Source of the DNA: Escherichia phage vB_EcoM_DalCa
Sequence record: NC_054908.1
Direction: 5' to 3' (one strand)
Length of the DNA stretch: 64,000 nt
Below are positions 28,057 to 36,995 of the stretch, one piece after another. Every line of letters begins with the position of its first letter. The stretch's first letter is position 1. The position numbers and the translations under genes are program-made. The notes under the pieces were generated by a model, which searched no databases, was not told where the DNA came from, and worked only from the letters and a program-made list of their open reading frames with translations.

Positions 28057-28073
28057 GTTATTCTCCTCTTAAC

Positions 28074-28102
28074 TGATAGAAAAATTATACCACAGTCAAG
28101 AG
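28074..28102 (-). promoter_or_regulatory. T4 early-type promoter upstream of regB
   Basis: Minus -35 GTTTACT, 17-bp spacer, TGG-TATAAT. Confidence 0.55.
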
Positions 28103-28115
28103 GAAAAGTAAACAG

Positions 28116-28436
28116 TTATTCTTTAAATCTAATCAATTTATTCATAGACTTTGAAACTTCTGCACGAACCTCATGTAGATTTTTGAGCTGTTCAAGACGC
28201 TGCTCATAGTAAGCAATTTCATCTTCTTCGAGACAGTCCTGTGAATCTTCTTTAAGATAACGTGCATAGTCCTGGAAAGCGTTACGAACTACTTCCTGGA
28301 AGTCATCAAGACTTTGAATTTTCTTAGGAGCAACAGATACACGACGAGGGGCAGTATAATACTCATAACCAAACCCTGCGCTTAATTGAGCCATTAGTAT
28401 TTTTCCTCTAGTTGGAACACAGCACGACAAGCCCAC
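28116..28436 (-). CDS. Hypothetical protein
   Basis: 106-aa ORF. Confidence 0.45.
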   Translation of the reverse strand: MGLSCCVPTRGKILMAQLSAGFGYEYYTAPRRVSVAPKKIQSLDDFQEVVRNAFQDYARYLKEDSQDCLEEDEIAYYEQRLEQLKNLHEVRAEVSKSMNKLIRFKE

Positions 28437-28660
28437 ATACTGGCTTCTTTGAGTTTCATTTTAGCAATAGTTAACTGATCGAGGCTTTCGGCGTAATTCT
28501 TCGCGAGTTCATCATCTTCACAGCTATCAAATGCTTCCCAGAATTCATCATATAAAGCATCAAAGATAAGCCCTAAACGAACTTCAGCATCTTTGATAGC
28601 ATTCACTTTACTGATTTTATCGTCAGTATGTGGTTTATAACCTTTAATGTCTTCAATCAT
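28394..28660 (-). CDS. Hypothetical acidic protein
   Basis: 88-aa ORF. Confidence 0.45.
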   Translation of the reverse strand: MIEDIKGYKPHTDDKISKVNAIKDAEVRLGLIFDALYDEFWEAFDSCEDDELAKNYAESLDQLTIAKMKLKEASMWACRAVFQLEEKY

Positions 28661-28874
28661 ATTTTACTTCCTCACCTGTTCCCAAATCATATTCAACTAA
28701 ACGAATAGGTTCATGAATGCCATATCCTTGAACAGAAATTTCTGTCGTAGGATAAATTCCATTAATATCACCCATGTTCCATGCTTCGTTAAATTGCTGT
28801 TCGCCTGAATTACTAAACCACTCGGCGAAAGCATTTAGCACATCTTCAGAACCTTCAATAATTATCTTTGCCAT
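28653..28874 (-). CDS. Hypothetical protein
   Basis: 73-aa ORF. Confidence 0.45.
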   Translation of the reverse strand: MAKIIIEGSEDVLNAFAEWFSNSGEQQFNEAWNMGDINGIYPTTEISVQGYGIHEPIRLVEYDLGTGEEVKYD

Positions 28875-29236
28875 TACAAACTCTCGGTGAAGGTACGAGC
28901 GATAACGTCGCGCTGCTGTTCCGGAGTCAGAGAGTTAAAGCGAACTGCATAACCGGATACACGGATGGTCAGCTGCGGATATTTTTCCGGATGCTTAACT
29001 GCATCTTCCAGAGTTTCACGACGCAGAACGTTAACGTTCAGGTGTTGACCACCTTCAATTTTAACTGTAGGCTGTTGCTCAATTTCAATTTCACGGGCAT
29101 GCAAACCATAGAAAATTTCTGGGTCTACAAAAGAGTCCTCTTTAAAGGTTTTAGAGACAATAATTCGTGCTTGAATACCATCTTCAAAATAAATAGTACC
29201 TTTATGTGTGCCTTCAAGAATTTGATATGCTTTCAT
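28874..29236 (-). CDS. Autonomous glycyl-radical cofactor-like protein (GrcA/YfiD-like)
   Basis: 120 aa; C-terminal RVSGYAVRF glycyl-radical fingerprint; T4 is known to encode a YfiD homolog. Confidence 0.7.
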   Translation of the reverse strand: MKAYQILEGTHKGTIYFEDGIQARIIVSKTFKEDSFVDPEIFYGLHAREIEIEQQPTVKIEGGQHLNVNVLRRETLEDAVKHPEKYPQLTIRVSGYAVRFNSLTPEQQRDVIARTFTESL

Positions 29237-29242
29237 ATAACC

Positions 29243-29623
29243 TCAATTAGAAAATAAATTTATCCAAGATTGTTCTTTAATTAAAAATGGCTCAGAATCA
29301 TATGCCATTAAACTCTGTGTGATTAGTCCTTTAAAAGGCCCATCAATAAATTCCATGGTAAAATATGGAATTTTATTCATTAGCCGTGCATTAGGAGCCG
29401 TGCACAAAACTCTGCATCCTTTGAATACGCCTTTTTGTAATTTGTATTGCTTGGGATAAAATTCGCTCAAAATGTTATTTTTTGCCAAAATTTCAAAATG
29501 ATTCACCAATTTATTTTTAATAGTTTTTGGCGAAAAATAAAGATATTCGAAAAGCTGAGTGTCTGTCATCATTGCATTCCGATTACGAAAAACTGTGGAC
29601 GAGTAATACCACCAATGCAACAT
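29243..29623 (-). CDS. Hypothetical protein
   Basis: 126-aa ORF. Confidence 0.45.
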   Translation of the reverse strand: MLHWWYYSSTVFRNRNAMMTDTQLFEYLYFSPKTIKNKLVNHFEILAKNNILSEFYPKQYKLQKGVFKGCRVLCTAPNARLMNKIPYFTMEFIDGPFKGLITQSLMAYDSEPFLIKEQSWINLFSN

Positions 29624-30108
29624 TTAATATTACAGCAGCAGTGTACAGTGTCAATATGGACACTATAAATCTTATCCATATCAGGAGATTTGACAGGCTC
29701 ATCAATTATATACAAAATTCGCGAAAGCGATAAACCTCTGAACTTGCTTCCTTTATTACCAATAAAACTGCGCACAGAATCAGTAAATAAACGAAAACGT
29801 ATATCATCATTAGAATAACGCGAAAATTCCTTTTTAATATTATCTGCGGAAATTTTAGCGTAAGCTGAAGTATTAGAAAGAACAATAACTGTTCCACCGT
29901 CATACAACCAATTAGCGGCAAAATTAGTTACTGCAGTTGATTTACCAGATTGACGCCCACCATCTAGTCGAAGTGTACAATACTGTTTAAGTAAGTCTTC
30001 AAATGGCGGGATATATTCGTTTTTACAAATTTCTTCTACTCTAGCATCAGAATGGTGTGTAAAAGCATTCATCAGGGATAGATAAGGACCAGTTAAAAAT
30101 GTTCTCAT
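29569..30108 (-). CDS. Hypothetical P-loop protein with Cys-rich C-terminus
   Basis: ORF 29569..30156 trimmed to ATG (MRTFLTG); Walker A-like GGRQSGKST; C-terminal HCCCNIKCC; 3' end overlaps next ORF by ~55 nt. Confidence 0.45.
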   Translation of the reverse strand: MRTFLTGPYLSLMNAFTHHSDARVEEICKNEYIPPFEDLLKQYCTLRLDGGRQSGKSTAVTNFAANWLYDGGTVIVLSNTSAYAKISADNIKKEFSRYSNDDIRFRLFTDSVRSFIGNKGSKFRGLSLSRILYIIDEPVKSPDMDKIYSVHIDTVHCCCNIKCCIGGITRPQFFVIGMQ

Positions 30109-30253
30109 TTTGTTCTCTCTAGGTTTGGGCCATTCCATGGCGCATGAATTGTCCATTTCTGTATTTACCCATTACCGCACTTGGGCTCGACCTTATTACA
30201 GGTTGGCGGGAATCCCTCACAGAATCATGAGGTCCAGGTTATTCCCATGTTAT

Positions 30254-30670
30254 TTAAATGTAAATATTTTTGCCGTAATACTTATACCAGTGTGGCTTCA
30301 TTAAAATTTTTTCATCGAGTCGTTGTTGACTCAACTTAATAGCTGATTTGCATGGATTATAATCATTTTTCCATTCTACTGGAATATCGCTGATGTCAGG
30401 AACTTCAGTATCTTTTATACTGAACCCGCGTTTTAAGCATTCCGTTATAATGTCCGATTGACGCTTTCGCAAAAATTCTAACTTATCGTAAAAGAAAGTA
30501 ACATGACCAGAACCTAAAATAAATTTAGAAGATATTTTAAAATCTTTAACGCGCTTACCGTTTGCCACATGCTTACGAACTATACCAAAAACACGCGGCA
30601 ATTCACGGTATTCTGCGATTAAATGTTGATCAGCAAGTTCAGATACTAAAGTCAAATTAATACGAGTCAT
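30254..30670 (-). CDS. denV: Endonuclease V (pyrimidine-dimer DNA glycosylase/AP lyase)
   Basis: 138 aa; recognised T4 endo V sequence [17 protein letters not shown]... Confidence 0.9.
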   Translation of the reverse strand: MTRINLTLVSELADQHLIAEYRELPRVFGIVRKHVANGKRVKDFKISSKFILGSGHVTFFYDKLEFLRKRQSDIITECLKRGFSIKDTEVPDISDIPVEWKNDYNPCKSAIKLSQQRLDEKILMKPHWYKYYGKNIYI

Positions 30671-30695
30671 TTTATCCCTCCAAGTAACTGTGAAT

Positions 30696-30724
30696 ATACT
30701 ATCACAATTCTAGGAGAAAGTAAA
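30696..30724 (-). promoter_or_regulatory. T4 early-type promoter upstream of denV
   Basis: Minus -35 GTTTACT, 17-bp spacer, -10 TAGTAT; lies between e and denV. Confidence 0.5.
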
Positions 30725-30729
30725 CAACT

Positions 30730-31260
<531 letters not shown>

Positions 31261-31716
31261 TTAAAAGAGGCTGTTCATTATTCGGTAAAGTGAAGGACCC
31301 ATCACATATTGCCACTGAGTACGAGGAATAAGAGCAAAAGCATCCATCTCTGGAATCATAACGCCATCTTTATTTTCAAAATAAGACTCGCAATGGCAAT
31401 TTCTAAACATCTCATGCTCTACTGGAATCGTATAATAAAATAACTGTAAGTCTTTATTACTAGAATATTTAAATACACCTAAGTCTTCTAGAAGGTCTGG
31501 ATTATAATCGATAAAACCAGTCTCTTCTGAGCATTCTCTTTTTGCAGCTTCCAGTGCATTCAAATCAGAACTTTCTACGCGGCCCTTTGGAATATCCCAG
31601 CGATGTGCCATCATTCCAGGCTTACGAGAACCAGTAACCCGACCCATAAATAAATCTTTATCTTCTGTCATAAAGATAATACCAGCTGATAGTGTTTTCA
31701 TTTTAATTTCCTGCAT
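31261..31716 (-). CDS. nudE: Nudix hydrolase
   Basis: 151 aa; Nudix box GRVESSDLNALEAAKRECSEETGF; position immediately after e as T4 e.1. Confidence 0.75.
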   Translation of the reverse strand: MQEIKMKTLSAGIIFMTEDKDLFMGRVTGSRKPGMMAHRWDIPKGRVESSDLNALEAAKRECSEETGFIDYNPDLLEDLGVFKYSSNKDLQLFYYTIPVEHEMFRNCHCESYFENKDGVMIPEMDAFALIPRTQWQYVMGPSLYRIMNSLF

Positions 31717-32186
31717 TCAGTGATAAAGTTATTTAAATTTTGAGTATATTTCTTTTCATCAAAAATCTTTTGTTGTCTGCGTAAACGCCATGGCATTTCA
31801 ATGAACATACGCCATATTCCTGATAATACTGCTGCTGTAAAAATATTAACAAGTATAGTTAAAAGAACCCAATCTCCTATTCTGTCCATTGGATTTTTTA
31901 TAAAAAAGTAAAATACGAACGATGATATAGGAAGACTAATGATATACCACAGAAGAACCTTCTTATCTGTGAACCAATCAGCATTCGTTAACTTAGCGCG
32001 ACCGTTTTGAATACATACGAACTTATCATCTGTTACAGTAAATGGCTTAGCTGCTTGATATCCCATTCTAAACTCCCTAATCAACAAATTTTTCATATCT
32101 TCGGAACAACCATTCCAGTCAACTCTATCAACTGAAATGCCATCATCCCCATCATCTAAATCATACCAGCGAGTTTTTAAAATCAT
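31698..32186 (-). CDS. Hypothetical membrane protein (paralog group with next two ORFs)
   Basis: 162 aa; central hydrophobic helices; C-terminal ...FITECRKLK. Confidence 0.5.
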   Translation of the reverse strand: MILKTRWYDLDDGDDGISVDRVDWNGCSEDMKNLLIREFRMGYQAAKPFTVTDDKFVCIQNGRAKLTNADWFTDKKVLLWYIISLPISSFVFYFFIKNPMDRIGDWVLLTILVNIFTAAVLSGIWRMFIEMPWRLRRQQKIFDEKKYTQNLNNFITECRKLK

Positions 32187-32545
32187 TTAATTTTCCTACA
32201 ATCACTCACAAACTCTTCCATTGATTCTTTTTCAATATAAGACATATAGCTATTATATTCCTTTAATTGTATTTTGTAATCCTTTTTTCTTTGCCAATTT
32301 ATTTTAAAATTATCATAATGAAAATATAACATGGTACCAAAGAATGAAAATAATGAAATCGCTATAGTAAAACGAAGTTCACTCCAAACCTCTGTTATAA
32401 TTACTGTGCCGTCGATATTTAAAATAAAACAGTCAATTAACAATCCAATAAGACTACCCGCAAGAGCTGTAAATACTGATACAGCAAGAATTAATAGTGC
32501 CTCAGGAAACGAATATTTGACTTTATTTAGTTTTGGCTTTTGCAT
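32183..32545 (-). CDS. Hypothetical membrane protein (paralog group)
   Basis: 120 aa; two TM helices; C-terminal ...FVSDCRKIK. Confidence 0.5.
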   Translation of the reverse strand: MQKPKLNKVKYSFPEALLILAVSVFTALAGSLIGLLIDCFILNIDGTVIITEVWSELRFTIAISLFSFFGTMLYFHYDNFKINWQRKKDYKIQLKEYNSYMSYIEKESMEEFVSDCRKIK

Positions 32546-32940
32546 CGTGATTCCTTAACAAATTTCATAATTTCATCAAATTCATACATATCTAGCTTAA
32601 GCTGGTGTTCCTTTTTAATCTTTTTACACTGAGCTTTCCAATCACGTACACGTTTACGATAATGTCTTCCTTGATACCAGTATCCTACCCAATTTACGGG
32701 TACTAATAAAAGTGGAACTATTAATGGAAGAATTAGCATTAACACAAGTATTTCGCCAGAATCAATATCAGTCATAACATCTAAAACACCTCCAATAATC
32801 AATAGAATTACAAATGATATGAGTATAACAGGACCTATTAACACATCAGTAGAAATTATCTGACGCTTTGGTTCATACTTCACAGGTTTACTTGGAAGGT
32901 ATAGTGATGGTTTTGACATATTCTCTACATTCCTTAACAA
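32527..32940 (-). CDS. Hypothetical membrane protein (paralog group)
   Basis: 137 aa; two TM helices; C-terminal ...FVKESRCKSQN. Confidence 0.5.
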   Translation of the reverse strand: MLRNVENMSKPSLYLPSKPVKYEPKRQIISTDVLIGPVILISFVILLIIGGVLDVMTDIDSGEILVLMLILPLIVPLLLVPVNWVGYWYQGRHYRKRVRDWKAQCKKIKKEHQLKLDMYEFDEIMKFVKESRCKSQN

Positions 32941-33502
32941 ATTTTTCTAGTAATAAATCACTTTCAAAATTGGGATTTTCTACAAATTTATCAAAAAGAT
33001 CATCAACAATAGTTAAGATATTCTTTTTACTAAGAATACGTTTATTTTCATGCTTCGTTTCAGAATCAACTATAAGAGTAAAGAAATATTTCTTGCCCTG
33101 AAATTTTACAGTAGTATCAATATAAAATAAATTTGACTTTTGTAAATTACGTTTAAACCATGCGTCACTTAAACTATAAACACCGAGATAATCAAAATCG
33201 TCGTTTAAATAACAAACCGTCCATTCAGGAGAAATGAAATCAGTAAATTCAACATCAAAATCACACGTCAATGAATGAATTGATTCAATACTGTTAATGA
33301 GTATTCCAGGACGTATTAAAGACTTTTTACCTCTAGAAAATCTTCCGGAAAGGCTTTCATCAGTTTCATATGAAGACCCCCAATAGTAATTACGTCCTTC
33401 TGCCATGCGTTTAAGAGCATTTAGTAATTGGTCTGGAACATCAACCTGTCTTTGGAACTCTTCAAACATTGAATTGAAATCACTTTGCATTTTCATTTTC
33501 AT
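32888..33502 (-). CDS. Hypothetical protein
   Basis: 204-aa ORF. Confidence 0.5.
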   Translation of the reverse strand: MKMKMQSDFNSMFEEFQRQVDVPDQLLNALKRMAEGRNYYWGSSYETDESLSGRFSRGKKSLIRPGILINSIESIHSLTCDFDVEFTDFISPEWTVCYLNDDFDYLGVYSLSDAWFKRNLQKSNLFYIDTTVKFQGKKYFFTLIVDSETKHENKRILSKKNILTIVDDLFDKFVENPNFESDLLLEKFVKECREYVKTITIPSK

Positions 33503-33520
33503 TCCTATTTACTCCAAGTA

Positions 33521-33540
33521 TAAGGGGCCGAAGCCCCTTA
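33521..33540 (-). terminator. Putative terminator hairpin downstream of 33544..34137
   Basis: TAAGGGGC-CGAA-GCCCCTTA palindrome; weak U-tract. Confidence 0.4.
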
Positions 33541-33543
33541 TCA

Positions 33544-34137
33544 TTATTTCAGAGAATTAATGTATTCCTGAACATCGGCAGAGGTAGTTTCAACCCCAGA
33601 AATATTACCGTTAAAGGTTTCAACTCGAGCAAGGGTATCTTCAATATCAACCTTAGTCAGTGCTGCAATTTCAACTACATCATCAGCAGTACTAATTCCA
33701 AGGGCATTTGCTGCACGAGTTTCACGGATATATTCCAATTTAACCGCAAGTTCTTGACGAGCATCATCTAACTCAACTACTTTCTTGGCGATTTCAATTC
33801 GCATTTCAGCATAACCGTCAGCCTTAGTAGTCAACTGCTCAGCTGTTCGACGATATAGTAAACCGAGTTTAGCATGCATTGTTACATCTTGGCCTTCGGA
33901 AAGAAGTTTACGAATTTCACGCTCTTTTGATTCGGCCTGTCGATTCTTTTCGATAACAAGTTCACGAATACGTTTTTCTTCGTTAATAGATTTAACAGAA
34001 GCAGTTTTTAGATCTTTAATTTTATCAAGTAGTTTTGCTGCTGCAGCAGTATACTGTTCTTCGACAGATAGATTTTTAGCCATAGCAGAACCAAGTTTAG
34101 TGCGAATAAACTCAACAATTTTCTTCAGTGTGTTCAT
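33544..34137 (-). CDS. Hypothetical coiled-coil protein (PspA/IM30-like architecture?)
   Basis: 197 aa, almost entirely predicted alpha-helical coiled-coil with E/K/R-rich heptads. Confidence 0.5.
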   Translation of the reverse strand: MNTLKKIVEFIRTKLGSAMAKNLSVEEQYTAAAAKLLDKIKDLKTASVKSINEEKRIRELVIEKNRQAESKEREIRKLLSEGQDVTMHAKLGLLYRRTAEQLTTKADGYAEMRIEIAKKVVELDDARQELAVKLEYIRETRAANALGISTADDVVEIAALTKVDIEDTLARVETFNGNISGVETTSADVQEYINSLK

Positions 34138-34208
34138 AGTATTTCCTTAGGTTAATTGAGATTTAAAATCCGTAGGAGTATAATACTCTATCGTCAAATT
34201 ATAGGCTC

Positions 34209-34237
34209 ATAATATCTCAATCATGAGCCTGCGTAAA
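34209..34237 (-). promoter_or_regulatory. Candidate T4 early-type promoter upstream of 33544..34137
   Basis: Minus -35 GTTTACG, 17-bp spacer, -10 TATTAT. Confidence 0.4.
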
Positions 34238-34238
34238 C

Positions 34239-34502
34239 TTATTTCATATTATTGAAATATTCTTCTGCGATTTCGTCGTTATCATGGTAAACTTTAGAAG
34301 ACAGTTTAACATAACCTTCTGCTGTGAACATATTAATCACAACTTTTACAGTATACCACTGACCGTCTTCATTACCCATTACTGCGTAAGTTTCAAACAT
34401 CGGATGATCAGGACCGATAACTTTAATATCATTCACTGTACGACCGAAATCTTCTGAAACGCATTTCATAAAGAAGTTGAACAGTTCGCCGTAATTATCC
34501 AT
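34239..34502 (-). CDS. Hypothetical protein
   Basis: ORF 34239..34622 trimmed to ATG (MDNYGELF) preceded by GGAG; upstream 40 codons lie in a conserved promoter module. Confidence 0.45.
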   Translation of the reverse strand: MDNYGELFNFFMKCVSEDFGRTVNDIKVIGPDHPMFETYAVMGNEDGQWYTVKVVINMFTAEGYVKLSSKVYHDNDEIAEEYFNNMK

Positions 34503-34535
34503 TTCATTCTCCAAGTTGTTTTCTGTATCAGTAGT

Positions 34536-34564
34536 TGATAGTTGTATAGTACCATGGAAGAACA
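34536..34564 (-). promoter_or_regulatory. T4 early-type promoter module upstream of 34239..34502
   Basis: TTGATAGTTGTATAGTACC...TGTAAACAGTTTTGTGAAAAAATTTTTAGGG on plus. Confidence 0.5.
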
Positions 34565-34731
34565 GAGATGTAAACAGTTTTGTGAAAAAATTTTTAGGGA
34601 ATTCTAGGGCAGGGATGGGCAATTAAAGGATAGGATAATATATTATAAAGGGTATAAACTAAATGATGCCTAGAGAGGTCCAGAAAGGCCTAGATACCAA
34701 AAAGCCCTATCATTTAGATAGGGATTTAAAA

Positions 34732-35295
34732 TTATTTACCTAGTTTACTTATTATAGCTTCTGCAGCAGCTTTTAGCTTAGATGCAGTGTTAATACGATT
34801 TTTAATTTCAGTATACGCATCGCCAAGAACATCAAGGCTATCAGAATAAACACTTACACTATTGCGTTCGCTATTTGAAATAGAACCTTTAGTTTTGCGG
34901 TCAAAATCGGTGTACACGTCTTGAAGATCGCGGGCTGCCTTCTTTGCATCATCCAATGCATCAAGAGCTTTATTCAAAGCATTAACGTATTTTTTAGTGT
35001 CGAACATATTCTTAGAAATTTTAACAGGTGCGCGTTCAGGAGTAGCTAACACAGATTTAGGAACCTGAGCGCCAGATGCCAATTTCTTAGAAATTTTGAA
35101 AAATGCTTTATTGAATTTATTTTCTTGACTCATTGTAAAAGAACTATTATCGATGTTGTACATTTCAATAGCTTTAGCTTTCCACTTAAGAAAATCGCCG
35201 CGGTCTTTTGGGTCCAATTGGAAGAATACTTTAGTAAGATCTGCTTCAGATGGTAATTTTGCTGCTTCGGTTAAAAATTCGGCATAGGTTTTCAT
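34732..35295 (-). CDS. Internal-protein-like capsid-targeted protein (IP family candidate)
   Basis: 187 aa; N-terminus MKTYAEFLTEA resembles the T4 internal-protein capsid-targeting sequence (MKTYQEFIAE) ending in an L-x-E prohead-protease-type site. Confidence 0.55.
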   Translation of the reverse strand: MKTYAEFLTEAAKLPSEADLTKVFFQLDPKDRGDFLKWKAKAIEMYNIDNSSFTMSQENKFNKAFFKISKKLASGAQVPKSVLATPERAPVKISKNMFDTKKYVNALNKALDALDDAKKAARDLQDVYTDFDRKTKGSISNSERNSVSVYSDSLDVLGDAYTEIKNRINTASKLKAAAEAIISKLGK

Positions 35296-35384
35296 TTAAA
35301 ATCCTTGAAATAATTTATCGGTTGGTTATTAATTATTTATTACTTTGTTACTATCCGTAACAGCGTTATCCGAGTGATTCAAAC

Positions 35385-35413
35385 TAAAAAGCCCCAACCT
35401 TTCGGTCGGGGCT
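35385..35413 (-). terminator. Intrinsic terminator (repeat copy 1) downstream of IP-like gene 35421..35894
   Basis: On minus strand AGCCCCGACC-GAAA-GGUUGGGGCU followed by UUUUU; identical to copy at 35942-35970. Confidence 0.6.
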
Positions 35414-35420
35414 AAGAATG

Positions 35421-35894
35421 TCATTTGATTTGTTTAGCAGACCAAATGCGGTCTTTAATAATTTTTTGGATGTCTTCAACATACTCAAGAGAGTGAACAT
35501 GTGGATTATCTTTGAAACTATAAGCACGGGCTAACTTTTGGCCTTCGGTTTTGATTACTAAAAGCTCTTTAAGGATAGCTTCATATTTAGCGATAATTCC
35601 TTTAACGATATTTTTTTCTTGTGCCGCTTTAGGATCTGCTTTAGGAGCAGGTTTACCCGAAGCCTTTGCAAAAGCAGCGCCAGTAGCAACTAAACTTTTC
35701 CAGGCCATACTAACTGCATTTCCCGTAAATCCTTCCGCTTTCATGTCGCGTGCAAACTGGAATCGCGATTCATCAGAAGCATCTTTATAGGAATATTTAC
35801 CCGCGGCAATGGCAGCTTTTGCAACAGCTTGAATTTCGGTGCTAGATGCTTCATTTAACACCGCTTCATTTAAAAATTGAGTATATGATTTCAT
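35421..35894 (-). CDS. Internal-protein-like capsid-targeted protein (IP family candidate)
   Basis: ORF 35421..36071 trimmed to ATG (MKSYTQFLNEA) preceded by AGGAAA; CTS-like N-terminus; TATAAATA late-promoter motif upstream; terminator hairpin downstream. Confidence 0.55.
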   Translation of the reverse strand: MKSYTQFLNEAVLNEASSTEIQAVAKAAIAAGKYSYKDASDESRFQFARDMKAEGFTGNAVSMAWKSLVATGAAFAKASGKPAPKADPKAAQEKNIVKGIIAKYEAILKELLVIKTEGQKLARAYSFKDNPHVHSLEYVEDIQKIIKDRIWSAKQIK

Positions 35895-35932
35895 CTTATT
35901 TCCTGTTTTAATTTGTAGATTTAATATACTAA

Positions 35933-35940
35933 TATTTATA
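35933..35940 (-). promoter_or_regulatory. T4-type late promoter motif upstream of internal-protein-like gene 35421..35894
   Basis: Plus strand TATTTATA (TATAAATA on minus) about 40 nt upstream of the MKSYTQF start. Confidence 0.5.
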
Positions 35941-35941
35941 C

Positions 35942-35970
35942 CAAAAAGCCCCAACCTTTCGGTCGGGGCT
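35942..35970 (-). terminator. Intrinsic terminator (repeat copy 2) at 3' end of tRNA/small-RNA transcription unit
   Basis: Same 29-nt hairpin plus U5 as copy 1. Confidence 0.6.
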
Positions 35971-36277
35971 AAGCCTTGCGGCAACCTTGTCGGGGTTCCA
36001 CCTGCTAAGGCAAGTGTTTGTACGAAACGCCGGGATTCGAACCCGGTTATTAAGTAGTTGACGCTACTCAATATTTTTAAAAGGCCATATCTCGACCATA
36101 TCCGAACGTTCCGTCAAAAACGCTACTCGGCTTACGGCAAAGATATTTCCTCGAATCGATAATTCGGTGCGCCGTTTCTGCTGTGATAGTAAAGAGCCAG
36201 AACACAGTAAAACTGTGGGAGGAAACTATACTCCAGGGAACATCAGTCCGACGACTTACCGGTAGCGACCCGGTTTC
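35971..36277 (-). ncRNA. Candidate small stable RNA(s), analogous to T4 RNA C/RNA D (species 1 and 2), including a tRNA-like T-arm
   Basis: About 300 nt with no ORF of 60 aa or more between the tRNA-region ORF and a strong terminator; perfect T-arm-like hairpin CCGGG-TTCGAAT-CCCGG near 36030-36046 without a full cloverleaf; exact RNA ends not determinable by eye. Confidence 0.3.
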
Positions 36278-36628
36278 TTAATATTCTTTTAAAGAATCAA
36301 TATATTCACGGCGTTTACGCCACAAATCAATTGCTTCATACGCGGATTCAGCATTTCGAATTAGCCTGCATTTATGTAAAGACTTATGATTTTGATATTG
36401 TGTAGATAACGGAATTGTATCTAAAAGGTCTTTACGATCAAAATATTCGTAACCATCTAAACCAAATGAACGATTTTTGAGAAATTGCCAATGACCATAT
36501 TCGTTTTCGACATAAACATAATCTGCATGCTGATAAAGCAAATTAATTACACGTTCAGAAATAACAGTATCATTATGATTAAAATAGAATGTTAAATCAT
36601 GAACTACTAAATAAACATTACCTTTCAT
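36278..36628 (-). CDS. Hypothetical protein within tRNA region
   Basis: 116-aa ORF immediately downstream of tRNA-Arg. Confidence 0.5.
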   Translation of the reverse strand: MKGNVYLVVHDLTFYFNHNDTVISERVINLLYQHADYVYVENEYGHWQFLKNRSFGLDGYEYFDRKDLLDTIPLSTQYQNHKSLHKCRLIRNAESAYEAIDLWRKRREYIDSLKEY

Positions 36629-36646
36629 ATTTTCCTCACTTATAAT

Positions 36647-36722
36647 TGGTCGAGGCAGTAGGGATCGAACCTACGACCTAGGACTTAGAAGGTCCTTGCT
36701 CTTCCTTCTGAGCTATGCCCCG
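36647..36722 (-). tRNA. tRNA-Arg (anticodon UCU), CCA encoded
   Basis: Manual fold of reverse complement: 7-bp acceptor stem, anticodon arm AGGAC-CUUCUAA-GUCCU, T-arm GTAGG-TTCGATC-CCTAC; 76 nt. Confidence 0.8.
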
Positions 36723-36726
36723 TAAT

Positions 36727-36802
36727 TGGGGTGACCGATGGGAGTCGAACCCATGACTACGAGAATCACAATCTCGAGTTCTACCAACTGAACTACGGCC
36801 AC
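36727..36802 (-). tRNA. tRNA-His (anticodon GUG), CCA encoded
   Basis: Manual fold: D-stem GTTC/GAAC, anticodon arm CGAGA-UUGUGAU-UCUCG, T-arm ATGGG-TTCGACT-CCCAT, discriminator C; not part of the 8-tRNA T4 set. Confidence 0.75.
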
Positions 36803-36916
36803 ATTAATACCTACTCCAACAATCAAGATGTCTTCACACGAAATTAAGAGAAGAGTGATCAGTTCAACCCCTATAATCGCGTCAAGTAGATATTAATGTG
36901 ACAGTTGTCACAAATT

Positions 36917-36991
36917 TGGCGGACGTGATAGGATTCGAACCTATAACCAATCGCTTAACAGGCGATCGCTCTGCCATTGAGCTACACATCC
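36917..36991 (-). tRNA. tRNA-Asn (anticodon GUU), CCA encoded
   Basis: Manual fold: anticodon arm ATCGC-CUGUUAA-GCGAT, T-arm with GGTTCGAATCC; not part of the T4 set. Confidence 0.75.
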
Positions 36992-36995
36992 AAAT

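Noticed and set aside
36030-36046. Possible twelfth tRNA at the T-arm-like hairpin
   Set aside because: No acceptor stem pairing or anticodon arm could be built around it; treated as part of a candidate stable RNA instead.
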